From Candidatus Eiseniibacteriota bacterium (GTDB lineage Bacteria; Eisenbacteria; RBG-16-71-46): a stretch of 14,772 bases of DNA. A model generated the notes under the pieces. The model was not told the origin of the DNA. It did not search any database and worked only from the letters and a program-made list of their open reading frames with translations. Within the stretch, counting starts at the first letter, position 1. Each line of letters opens with the position of its first letter. The stretch is taken from assembly GCA_038231135.1 (NCBI GenBank), contig JBBRLX010000047.1, positions 1 through 14,772 on the forward strand. Reading direction: 5' to 3'. The translations under genes were made by a program, and so were the position numbers. This document shows, piece by piece, positions 1 to 7,220 of this stretch.

Positions 1-2
1 AG

Positions 3-113
3 CTCACCAAAATCCGTCCACCCGCCAAGGACCACCCCTGGCGCAAGCCGTATGACCGCAGCCTCCTGCCCGCAATGGCAGAAGCGGGGGATGACAGAAT
101 CACTGCGGAGTAG
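3..113 (+). CDS. Transposase C-terminal fragment (IS1202/ISNCY-type), 5'-partial
   Basis: Frame 3 reads LTKIRPPAKDHPWRKPYDRSLLPAMAEAGDDRITAE* with TAG at 111-113. A Pro-rich stretch followed by HPWR is the typical C-terminal signature of this transposase group, and the ORF runs into the terminal repeat. Confidence 0.82.
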   Translation, partial: LTKIRPPAKDHPWRKPYDRSLLPAMAEAGDDRITAE

Positions 114-133
114 GGGTGACAGAATCACTGCGG
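88..133 (+). repeat. Two 21-bp subterminal repeats in the IS right end (probable transposase-binding sites)
   Basis: GGGATGACAGAATCACTGCGG (88-108) and GGGGTGACAGAATCACTGCGG (113-133), 20/21 identical, 25-bp period. Inverted counterparts lie at 14639-14659 and 14666-14686. Confidence 0.92.
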
Positions 134-160
134 TGCTACACCGCCGCGCTGCGCCGCGCG

Positions 161-2059
161 TCATCGGGAACCCGCCGCACCCGCCAGCCGCTCGGCCCGG
201 CCGTCGCGCGACTCGGGCAGCGTGCGCGCCGCCGCGATCGCGCGATCGCGCGTGGCCGCGTCGCCGGCCATCTGCGCCGCGGTCGCGAGCCGCAGCCAGC
301 CTTCGTAGTAGCGCGGGTCGATCCGCACCGTGATCGCGAACGCGTCGCGCGCCTGTGGCCACTCGCCCACCAGCTGATGCGCGACACCCAGCGCATACGC
401 GACACTGGCATCGTCGCCCTGCCATGCGAGCGCGTGCTCGAGATAGGGAATCGCCTGCGCCGGCTGGTGGCGCAGCATCAGCACCTGGCCCCAGATCCCC
501 TCGGTGGCCGGGTCGCCGGGATCGTCGGCCATCATCTGCTGCAGCACCACGGCCGCTTCGTCCAGCCGCCGCAGCCGCATCAGCGCGGTGGCGCGCAGCA
601 GCCGCGCCTGGGGATTCGTGGGATCGAGCGCGAGCGAGTGGTCGGCGCTCGCGAGCACGTCCGGCCAGTCGCCGTGACGGAAGTACACCACCGCGCGCGA
701 CGCGCTCGTCTCCGACAGCCGGGGATCGAGCACCTCCGCCTTCGCCAGCTGCTCCAGCGCCTCGCGCTCGCGGCCCGCGGCCGCGAGCTGGTTCGCGTAG
801 CCGATCCGCGCCTTGGCGTTCTCCGGCTGCACCTCGGTCATGGCGCGGAACATGACGAGGTCGTCGCTCCATTGCGGCACCAGCCGCAGCGTCTGCCACG
901 CGCTCGCGGCGACGAGCAGCGCCGCCGCCGCGTAAACGACGCGTGGCAGCGGGCCCGGCCGGCGCGCCGCGGCCGCAACCCCGAGGCCCAGCAGCCACGC
1001 GGCGCCGATCGACGGCAGGTACACGAGGCGCTCGGCGAACGTGAGGTAGGACCGCACCCAGGCCAGCACCGAGAACGTGAGCAGCGGCAGCGCGAACAGC
1101 GCGACCGGCAGCGCGCCCCGCGAGCGGCGCCACGCGAGGCCGGTCGCGAGCACGATCATCCCGAGCGTCGCGACAATGCCGCCGAGCACCCCGGGCGTCC
1201 ACGGTCCGTTCGGGAGCTGCAACGCGATGTCGGGCGAATGCGGGTACCACGGCCACAGCATCGCGACGTACTGCGGCACCATGATCCAGCCGGCGAGCCG
1301 GATCAGCCCCGTGGTCGCGGGATCCACGGACGGCGGCTGCACCCAGCGCGATGCCAGCGTCTCGTGCACCAGGACGAACGCGAGCGTGATCGCGGCGTAG
1401 GGGGCGAGCCAGCGCAGCGCGCCCGACCACGTGAAGCGGCGCTCCGTCTCGATCCATTCCGCCACCGCGAGGATCGCCACGAACGGCAGCGCCGCCTCCT
1501 TGCTGAGCAGCGCGAGCGTGAACGCGAGCGTCGCGGGCACGCCCGCCCAGGCTCGGCCGGCGCGGCGCGCGCGGCGGTCCAGTAGCAGCGCCAGGGCGAC
1601 GAACAGTCCGCATAGCACGTCGGTGCGGCCCGAGATCCACGCCACCGATTCCACGTGCGCCGGCATCGCCGCGAACCACGCGCCGGCGAGGAACGCGGCG
1701 ACACCGCCGGCTCCGGCCGCCAGCACCAGCCACGCGACCAGGGCGCTCGCCGCCGCGTGCGCGACCAGGTTCACCGCATGGAAGCCCCACGGCTGCCACT
1801 GGAATGCGCGGCCGTCGACCCAGTAGGACAGCACGACCAGCGGCCGCCACATGCCGGAATTGCGGCCGCTCGCCCGCCAGAAATCGGACGTGAGCAGCCG
1901 GACGAGGAAGCCATCGCGGCGCAGGAACGGATTCGCGCGGATCAACTCGTGATCGTCGCGCACGAAGCCGTAGCCGACGCTCGCTGCGTACAGCGCCACC
2001 GCGAACAGCGCCACCCACGGTGCCGGGTGCCGCCACCATGCACGCGCGTCGCCGGGCAC
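161..2059 (-). CDS. TMTC-like GT-C membrane glycosyltransferase (putative protein O-mannosyltransferase) with C-terminal TPR repeats; start uncertain
   Basis: Many hydrophobic helices with motifs GFVRDD, DFW, WRPL, FHAVNL..H, HVESVAWISGR, LLSKE and AERLVYLPS, followed by TPR-like helical repeats. The ORF-track start (2299) is inside rnpB. In-frame candidates outside rnpB are GTG 2059 (chosen, downstream of the hairpin) and TTG 2179. Confidence 0.8.
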   Translation of the reverse strand: MPGDARAWWRHPAPWVALFAVALYAASVGYGFVRDDHELIRANPFLRRDGFLVRLLTSDFWRASGRNSGMWRPLVVLSYWVDGRAFQWQPWGFHAVNLVAHAAASALVAWLVLAAGAGGVAAFLAGAWFAAMPAHVESVAWISGRTDVLCGLFVALALLLDRRARRAGRAWAGVPATLAFTLALLSKEAALPFVAILAVAEWIETERRFTWSGALRWLAPYAAITLAFVLVHETLASRWVQPPSVDPATTGLIRLAGWIMVPQYVAMLWPWYPHSPDIALQLPNGPWTPGVLGGIVATLGMIVLATGLAWRRSRGALPVALFALPLLTFSVLAWVRSYLTFAERLVYLPSIGAAWLLGLGVAAAARRPGPLPRVVYAAAALLVAASAWQTLRLVPQWSDDLVMFRAMTEVQPENAKARIGYANQLAAAGREREALEQLAKAEVLDPRLSETSASRAVVYFRHGDWPDVLASADHSLALDPTNPQARLLRATALMRLRRLDEAAVVLQQMMADDPGDPATEGIWGQVLMLRHQPAQAIPYLEHALAWQGDDASVAYALGVAHQLVGEWPQARDAFAITVRIDPRYYEGWLRLATAAQMAGDAATRDRAIAAARTLPESRDGRAERLAGAAGSR

Positions 2060-2136
2060 GGCGGACGCGACTCGCGCGGCCCGGACGTTCGCGTCCGCGC
2101 CGCCGCGCCGGCGGGTGCGGCCGGCCGATGACGAAT

Positions 2137-2165
2137 CCGCCCGACGGGAGTTCCCCGCCGGGCGG
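2137..2165 (-). terminator. GC-rich hairpin just 3' of rnpB; probable terminator or 3' processing stem
   Basis: Minus strand CCGCCCGGCGGG-GAACT-CCCGTCGGGCGG forms a 12-bp stem with one G-U pair, followed by ATTCGTCAT (poor U tract). Confidence 0.5.
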
Positions 2166-2181
2166 TGCGTTGGATTCAAAC

Positions 2182-2567
<386 letters not shown>

Positions 2568-2583
<16 letters not shown>

Positions 2584-3005
2584 ATACCCTGTGCCTTGTC
2601 GAGCGTCTGATTCACGATCGCATCCGCGCGAGCGTTGGCCTCGCGGCGGACCGCCGTGAAGCGTACCACACCCAACCGGGCCGCGGCCGCGCGCGCCTGC
2701 TCGTACAGCGGCTTGAGCCCCGCGTTCTTCACGCGGTAGCGGCCGGTCATCTGCCGCACCACCAACTCGGAGTCCATGTGCACCTCGACCGCGGGCGCCC
2801 CGTGCCTGGCCGCCGCCTCGAGGCCGGCGATCAGGCTGCGGTACTCGGCCACGTTGTTCGTGACGGAGCCCAGGTACTCGCCGCGCGCCTCGACCTCCTT
2901 GCCTGCCGGATCGGCGAGCACGAACCCATAGGCGCCGGGGCCGGGATTGCCGCGCGAGCCGCCGTCGCAGGCGAGCCGCCACAGGGACTTCGAACTTTCG
3001 GTCAT
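2568..3005 (-). CDS. rnhA: Ribonuclease HI (RNase HI-like family), 145 aa
   Basis: DGGSRGNPGP, TNNVAEY, MDSELVVRQM and RREANARAD give the complete D-E-D-D catalytic set. ATG 3005 is preferred over GTG 3011. Confidence 0.92.
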
Positions 3006-3011
3006 CCTCAC

Positions 3012-3041
3012 ACTCTATCGGGCGGCGACGGACGGGCTCAA
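3012..3041 (-). promoter_or_regulatory. Putative sigma70 promoter for rnhA-rnpB (probably leaderless)
   Basis: Minus strand TTGAGC (3041-3036) - 18 nt - TAGAGT (3017-3012) - 6 nt - ATG. This is an AT-richer motif in a very GC-rich background. Confidence 0.6.
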
Positions 3042-4492
3042 GTGACGGGCCTGGCGTGCGGGGCCGGCGCCTCGTCGCGCACGAGCCAGCCGGCGCGCTC
3101 GAGCGCGTGCCACGCGTCGCGCTCGCCGCGCGCGATCAGCTCGGCCACCACCCCGCGGTCGAACGTCAGCACGCCGCCCGGCAGCAGCCCGTCCGGCTCG
3201 ATCACGCACACCCGCGCGGGGTCGCCCTGGCGGCCCCAGCCCGCCGGCAGATGCCGCAGCTCGTTCTGCAGGTCGCGCCAGTTCGCGAGCTCGAGCAGCC
3301 GGCCGCCGAGCTCCACGAGATTCCGGGGCGCGAGCGTGCTCGGCGGCCGCTCGCTCGCGGACATCACCACGATCAGCACCGCGTCCGCGCCGTCGGCCAG
3401 CGCCACGTGCAACGGCTGGTTCGCGAATCCGCCCGGGTCCACGAAGCTGCGGCCGCCGACGGGCAACGGCTCGAACACGCCCGGGATCGCCGACGACGCC
3501 ACGGTGGCCGCGATCACGTCTTCGGGGCGATGCAGCACCACCACTTCGCCCAGATCGCGCTCGACCTGGCGCACGAACGTCGGGTCCGGATTCGGCCACG
3601 TCACGAAGTGGCAGATGCGTCCCGAGTCGATCGCCATCGCGCTCACCACCAGCCGCGGTGTCCCCGACACCAGCCGCTTCGGATCTCCGGACTGGACCAG
3701 CGCCTCGATGACGCGCTGGCGCGCGCGGCTGCCCCATAGTCCGCGCCCGCGGGTCTCGGGCATCAGCGCGAACAGCGCGGCGCGCACGCCGTGCCCGCTC
3801 GGGTCCGGACGGTTGAGCAGCCACGCCAGGAACAGCAGCAGCACCAGCATCGCGCTGAAGCGGTGCGGCCACGGCCAGCCGAACGTCCATACCGCGGCGT
3901 ACAGCGCCGCGAGCGCCACCACCGTCCACCCCAGCCAGCGCCGCACGCGCGTGGGATCGGCGCGGTCCCCGGCGCGCGCCAGCCAGTCCTCCATCGGTCG
4001 CGACAGCAGCATGGTCGCAACGCCGAGCCCGGCCGCGAACAGCCACGCGCCGAGGTCGAGGAGCGTGGACAGCACGTCGAGGCGGCCGCTGCTCTTGCGC
4101 CACAGCCAGTAGGCGCCCGATATCTCGCGCGAGCCGGCGGCGGTGGTCACGAGCTCGAGCACCGCGACGAGGAACAATCCGGCGCCCGTCCAGCGCAGCA
4201 CCAGCGTCACCCAGCGGATCCCGATCGTGGCGGCGCGCAGCTCGCGCCACGTCGACTCGAGCACCGCGGTGCGGCCGCCGTGGGCCACCCACGTGGTCGC
4301 GTTGAGCGCGCCCACCGACACGCCGACCACCAGCGACGGGACCAGCGCAATGCGCTCGAGCACACGCAGCACACCCACCTCGTAGGCGCCGAGAGCGCCG
4401 CCGCCCGACAGGACGAGCGCGATACGGCGGAACCCGAGGTCCGAGCGCAGCCGGCGCTCAGCGGGCGGATCTGCCGTCCGCGGCTCCGTCAC
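3038..4492 (-). CDS. Patatin-like phospholipase with internal transmembrane insertion, 484 aa
   Basis: LVLSGGGALG oxyanion loop, GVSVG nucleophile elbow (S59), ASSAIPGVF, and FVDPGG (D352). About four hydrophobic helices lie between residues 94 and 226. Confidence 0.9.
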   Translation of the reverse strand: MTEPRTADPPAERRLRSDLGFRRIALVLSGGGALGAYEVGVLRVLERIALVPSLVVGVSVGALNATTWVAHGGRTAVLESTWRELRAATIGIRWVTLVLRWTGAGLFLVAVLELVTTAAGSREISGAYWLWRKSSGRLDVLSTLLDLGAWLFAAGLGVATMLLSRPMEDWLARAGDRADPTRVRRWLGWTVVALAALYAAVWTFGWPWPHRFSAMLVLLLFLAWLLNRPDPSGHGVRAALFALMPETRGRGLWGSRARQRVIEALVQSGDPKRLVSGTPRLVVSAMAIDSGRICHFVTWPNPDPTFVRQVERDLGEVVVLHRPEDVIAATVASSAIPGVFEPLPVGGRSFVDPGGFANQPLHVALADGADAVLIVVMSASERPPSTLAPRNLVELGGRLLELANWRDLQNELRHLPAGWGRQGDPARVCVIEPDGLLPGGVLTFDRGVVAELIARGERDAWHALERAGWLVRDEAPAPHARPVT

Positions 4493-4546
4493 GCGCGCCC
4501 CCGGTTCGGCGCCGGAACCGCCGCCGAGGGTTCCGTCACGCGCGCC
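4482..4546. repeat. 18-bp direct repeat duplicating the patatin start-codon context
   Basis: GGCTCCGTCACGCGCGCC (4482-4499) and GGTTCCGTCACGCGCGCC (4529-4546) are 17/18 identical. Both read GTG-ACG-GAR-CC (M-T-E-P) on the minus strand. Confidence 0.75.
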
Positions 4547-4552
4547 GCGCGC

Positions 4553-5269
4553 TCATTCGACGGGGTCCGGCGGCAGCATCAGCAGCCGGCCGCAGCCATC
4601 GCAGATCAGCACGCGGTCGCGCTTCTTCGCTTCCATCATCACCTGCGGCGGCAGCGAGCGGAAGCAGCCGCCGCACGCCCCCTTGAGGATCGCCACCACC
4701 GCGCGCCCGCCGCGCGACTGGTGCGCGCGTTCGTAGCGCGGACGCGTGGCCGGCTCGAGCGCCGCGATGTTCGCCTCGCGCCGCGCTTCGAGTCCTCCGC
4801 GCCGCGCGCGCAGCGCACCCTCGTCGGCCGCGATCGACTGCTCGCGCGCCGCGAACGCCTGCTCGGCGTCGGCCAACTCCTGGGCGATCGCCGGCCGGGC
4901 CTTCGCCGCCCGTTCCTCATCGTCCATCAGCGACAGCACGCGGGTCTCGAGATCGGACCGCCGCTGTCGCGCGCCGGCGATCTCGTGCGTGAGCGCCTGG
5001 AACGCGTCGTTGGACTTGACCGCCGCCTGCTGGCTCAGGAATTTCCTCTCCTCGATGTCGACGCCTTCGATCTGGCGTTCGAGGTCGCGCCGTAGCTTGA
5101 CCATCGCCGCGGCGCCCGTCGTATTCGCGTCGAGCCGGCCGCGCGCCTCGGTCACCTTGGCGGTGAGCGCGCGCCGCTGCTCGGGGAACTTCGCGAGCTC
5201 GGCGTCGATCGCGACGACTTCCTCGTCGAGGCCGTGCAGCGTCCACAGGCGGCCGAGTTCCGTGCTCAC
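4553..5269 (-). CDS. Coiled-coil protein with C-terminal C4 zinc ribbon (DUF164/zf-RING_7, CT398/HP0958-like), 238 aa
   Basis: Long heptad coiled coil ending in CGGC...CDGCGRLL. The GTG at 5269 has GGAGG (5279-5275) 5 nt upstream. The ORF-track extension to 5527 crosses a tRNA. Confidence 0.9.
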   Translation of the reverse strand: MSTELGRLWTLHGLDEEVVAIDAELAKFPEQRRALTAKVTEARGRLDANTTGAAAMVKLRRDLERQIEGVDIEERKFLSQQAAVKSNDAFQALTHEIAGARQRRSDLETRVLSLMDDEERAAKARPAIAQELADAEQAFAAREQSIAADEGALRARRGGLEARREANIAALEPATRPRYERAHQSRGGRAVVAILKGACGGCFRSLPPQVMMEAKKRDRVLICDGCGRLLMLPPDPVE

Positions 5270-5300
5270 GACGACCTCCGTCGCGGCGCCGGGATCCACG

Positions 5301-5330
5301 AAAACGGGGATGCCGTCGGCGGCATCCCCG
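5301..5330 (-). terminator. Intrinsic terminator downstream of the tRNA pair
   Basis: Perfect 11-bp stem CGGGGATGCCG-CCGA-CGGCATCCCCG followed by TTTT on the minus strand. Confidence 0.7.
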
Positions 5331-5448
5331 CGGTGCGGGACATGGTCTCGCGCGGGTCCCCCCTGTGGGGACCGGCGGTGGCGGCTCGATCGGGGTCGCG
5401 ACGGACCATCATCCTCGTGTGCGAACGCGTTACGAAGGCCTGATGAAA

Positions 5449-5524
5449 TGGTGGGCGGAACAGGACTTGAACCTGTGACCCCCTGGTTGTGATCCAGGTG
5501 CTCTGCCAGCTGAGCTACCCGCCC
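5449..5524 (-). tRNA. tRNA-Val(CAC), CCA encoded
   Basis: GGGCGGG TA GCTC AGCTGGCA GAGC A CCTGG ATCACAA CCAGG GGGTC ACAGG TTCAAGT CCTGT TCCGCCC A CCA; complete 76-nt cloverleaf. Confidence 0.95.
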
Positions 5525-5562
5525 CAATTCGTCCGGCCTTATGCCCGGGCCCCGCGGTTCAA

Positions 5563-5636
5563 TGGGCCCACCTGGATTCGAACCAGGGTCTTACCGGTTA
5601 TGAGCCGGCCGCTCTGGACCACTGAGCTATGGGCCC
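5563..5636 (-). tRNA. tRNA with CAT anticodon, most likely tRNA-Ile2 (lysidine-modified); CCA not encoded
   Basis: GGGCCCA TA GCTC AGTGGTCCA GAGC G GCCGG CTCATAA CCGGT AAGAC CCTGG TTCGAAT CCAGG TGGGCCC A. It has a paired G1-C72 and lacks the three G-C pairs of an initiator anticodon stem. The GGGCCC-type acceptor and position downstream of rpoD fit Ile2 better than elongator Met. Confidence 0.9.
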
Positions 5637-5676
5637 AGCGTCGCAGCACCACGTGAGACCGTGCCGGAGTTCGCAG

Positions 5677-5706
5677 TGTGTAACACCCGCTCGGAAGAGG
5701 TGTCAA
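5677..5706 (-). promoter_or_regulatory. Putative sigma70 promoter of the tRNA operon
   Basis: Consensus -35 TTGACA (5706-5701), 18-nt spacer ending in TGT (extended -10), imperfect -10 TACACA (5682-5677), 40 nt upstream of the first tRNA. Confidence 0.65.
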
Positions 5707-5743
5707 GATACGGGGACGTTGCCGAGTGTTTTCCCGACCGGAT

Positions 5744-6367
5744 TCAGCGGGGAAACACGGTCAATCCGAACGACACGGCGCAGAATCCCGACCATGCGCT
5801 CGACGTGTACATCCCGCCGGTGCGAAGCAGCAGCACGAGACCTACGGGACCCGGAGCGGGAATCAGCCGCAAGCCCGCCGAGGCGCCGATCGCGGGGCCG
5901 TAACGCACCGATATCGGAACCGCCGGAGTCGGCGACCCGTCCGCGTCGAAGCGTTGCCGATCCACCCGCGGCGACACCCGGCCGATGCCAGCCATGAGTT
6001 TCGTGTATCCGCGCACCCCGGACCCCGGAGCCGTCCAGGCCCTGCCCACCATGAGCGCGGCGTGATGGAGTCGTTGCGTACTCTCAACGGGCACGGCAAC
6101 CAGGTCGCCGCTCGCGTGCGACAACAACCACGTGCGGTTCGAACGGTCCCGCATGTGCACGTCGATGGCTTCCAAATCGGCGAACCCAAACGGCCGCATG
6201 TCCTGGGACCGTCCTCGGCCGATACCGAACACACCCGTCAGTTCCACGGCGAATGGCGACACATGCGGCGCGGCGCGGTCCCTCGGCGAACCCGTGGCCG
6301 AGCCGGTCTGAAGGAGGATCGACGCCAGCAGCGACAGGACGTACGGGAAGGCCGGTCCGGCCCTCAC
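5744..6367 (-). CDS. Hypothetical exported protein, possibly a small outer-membrane beta-barrel (about 207 aa); start uncertain
   Basis: 3' part of ORF 5744..7030. From GTG 6367 it has a signal-like segment (FPYVLSLLASILLQTGSATG), Gly-rich alternating strands (YTKLMAGIG, IGASAGLRL) and a terminal VSFGLTVFPR resembling a final beta-strand. Confidence 0.5.
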   Translation of the reverse strand: MRAGPAFPYVLSLLASILLQTGSATGSPRDRAAPHVSPFAVELTGVFGIGRGRSQDMRPFGFADLEAIDVHMRDRSNRTWLLSHASGDLVAVPVESTQRLHHAALMVGRAWTAPGSGVRGYTKLMAGIGRVSPRVDRQRFDADGSPTPAVPISVRYGPAIGASAGLRLIPAPGPVGLVLLLRTGGMYTSSAWSGFCAVSFGLTVFPR

Positions 6368-6503
6368 GGTTTCAACGAAATCATGTCGGGTTCTCGCTGG
6401 CGGGAGCGCGGACGGTTGCGGGCGGGGGTCGGAGAGTTCTACACCGAAGATCCCAAGACCGTGGAATCTCTGTGAAGATGCTGAATCTCGGGCAGGAAAC
6501 GGC

Positions 6504-7220
6504 GTGCGTTCGAGACTCGGCGCGTGCATGCTCGACATCATGCGATCCCCGAGGTTCGTGGTCACGACGCGCAGGGTGCCGGGAGCAGGCGTCGCCGGCG
6601 GGGTTCGCATTGAGATCGATGGCTCGCGCGGGACGGCTATCGCCGCGGGCATCGCGCTGCTCGCGCTCGCGATGACCGTGACCGGCGGTTGTTCGCACCG
6701 AACCACGACCGCTCCCGCGACGGCGACCCTGTCGGGCACCGCGCGCGACACGGCCGGAGCTCCGGTCTCACGGCTCATGGTGGCCGCGCAACTGCTGTCC
6801 GTCGCGCATGGCGGTTTGGAGGAACGGCGAACCACCACGACCGACGCGTCCGGCCGGTTCCAGTTCGGCCCGGTGGCGCCGGGACGCTGGGTGGTGAGCG
6901 GTGGCGATGGCGACCGGGCGGCCGCGGACACCGCCGACGTGCCGGGCCCGCCGGCCGCGTTGCGGCTCGACAGCGCCGGCGCCGTCGGCGGACGCGTGAT
7001 GTCGGGAGGAACGCCGATCGCGGGAGCCATCGTCTACATCGATACGCAGACGGCCTACGCGTTCACCGCCGCGGGCGGGCACTTCCTGCTCGGCAGCGTG
7101 GCGCCCGGCGGCTGGTGGCTCTACGTGCGCGACGACGCGGGGGCGCGCGACACCGCGGTGCGGATCACGGTGCGCGCCCCCGCCGATACCCAGGTGGTGC
7201 CGGATATCGTGTTTCCCTAG
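6504..7220 (+). CDS. Putative lipoprotein with two carboxypeptidase-regulatory-like beta-sandwich domains; true start probably downstream of 6504
   Basis: Hydrophobic segment AIAAGIALLALAMTV and lipobox-like TGG-C. Two repeats: LSGTARDTAGAPV...TDASGRFQFGPVAPGRW and VGGRVMSGGTPIAGA...TAAGGHFLLGSVAPGGW. Confidence 0.75.
   Translation: MRSRLGACMLDIMRSPRFVVTTRRVPGAGVAGGVRIEIDGSRGTAIAAGIALLALAMTVTGGCSHRTTTAPATATLSGTARDTAGAPVSRLMVAAQLLSVAHGGLEERRTTTTDASGRFQFGPVAPGRWVVSGGDGDRAAADTADVPGPPAALRLDSAGAVGGRVMSGGTPIAGAIVYIDTQTAYAFTAAGGHFLLGSVAPGGWWLYVRDDAGARDTAVRITVRAPADTQVVPDIVFP

Larger units (their letters stand above)
1..140 (+). mobile_element. Right end (IRR) of an IS1202-like/ISNCY insertion sequence, truncated by the window start
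   Basis: Ends in ...GCTACA at 140 (TGT...ACA termini). Its reverse complement TGTAGCA-CCGCAGTGATTCTGTCACCCC matches TGTGCCC-CCGCAGTGATTCTGTCACCCC at 14632. It contains a transposase-like C-terminus. Confidence 0.88.

Noticed and set aside
88..133. Tandem 21-bp repeats (also 14639-14686) as a CRISPR array or iterons
   Set aside because: Only two copies per site with 4-6 nt between them, no unique spacers and no cas or rep gene. They are inverted between the two window ends and flank transposase fragments, so they are IS ends.
141..150. CCGCCGCGCT versus CCGCCGCCCA (14622-14631) as a target-site duplication indicating a single IS in a circle
   Set aside because: Only 8/10 identical and low-complexity GC. 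A true duplication for a recent insertion should be exact.
3038..4492. Patatin as a CBASS/CapV-type anti-phage effector, or RNase HI plus ncRNA as a retron-like system
   Set aside because: There is no cyclase, reverse transcriptase or other defence gene in the window. The ncRNA is clearly RNase P and the neighbourhood is housekeeping.
5525..5525. Extra G before the tRNA at 5449-5524 suggesting tRNA-His (G-1)
   Set aside because: The anticodon on the transcribed strand is CAC, not GTG, and the discriminator is A rather than C.
5270..5527. N-terminal extension of the zinc-ribbon ORF to 324 aa
   Set aside because: It overlaps tRNA-Val and a terminator. GTG 5269 has a good SD and gives the family-typical length.
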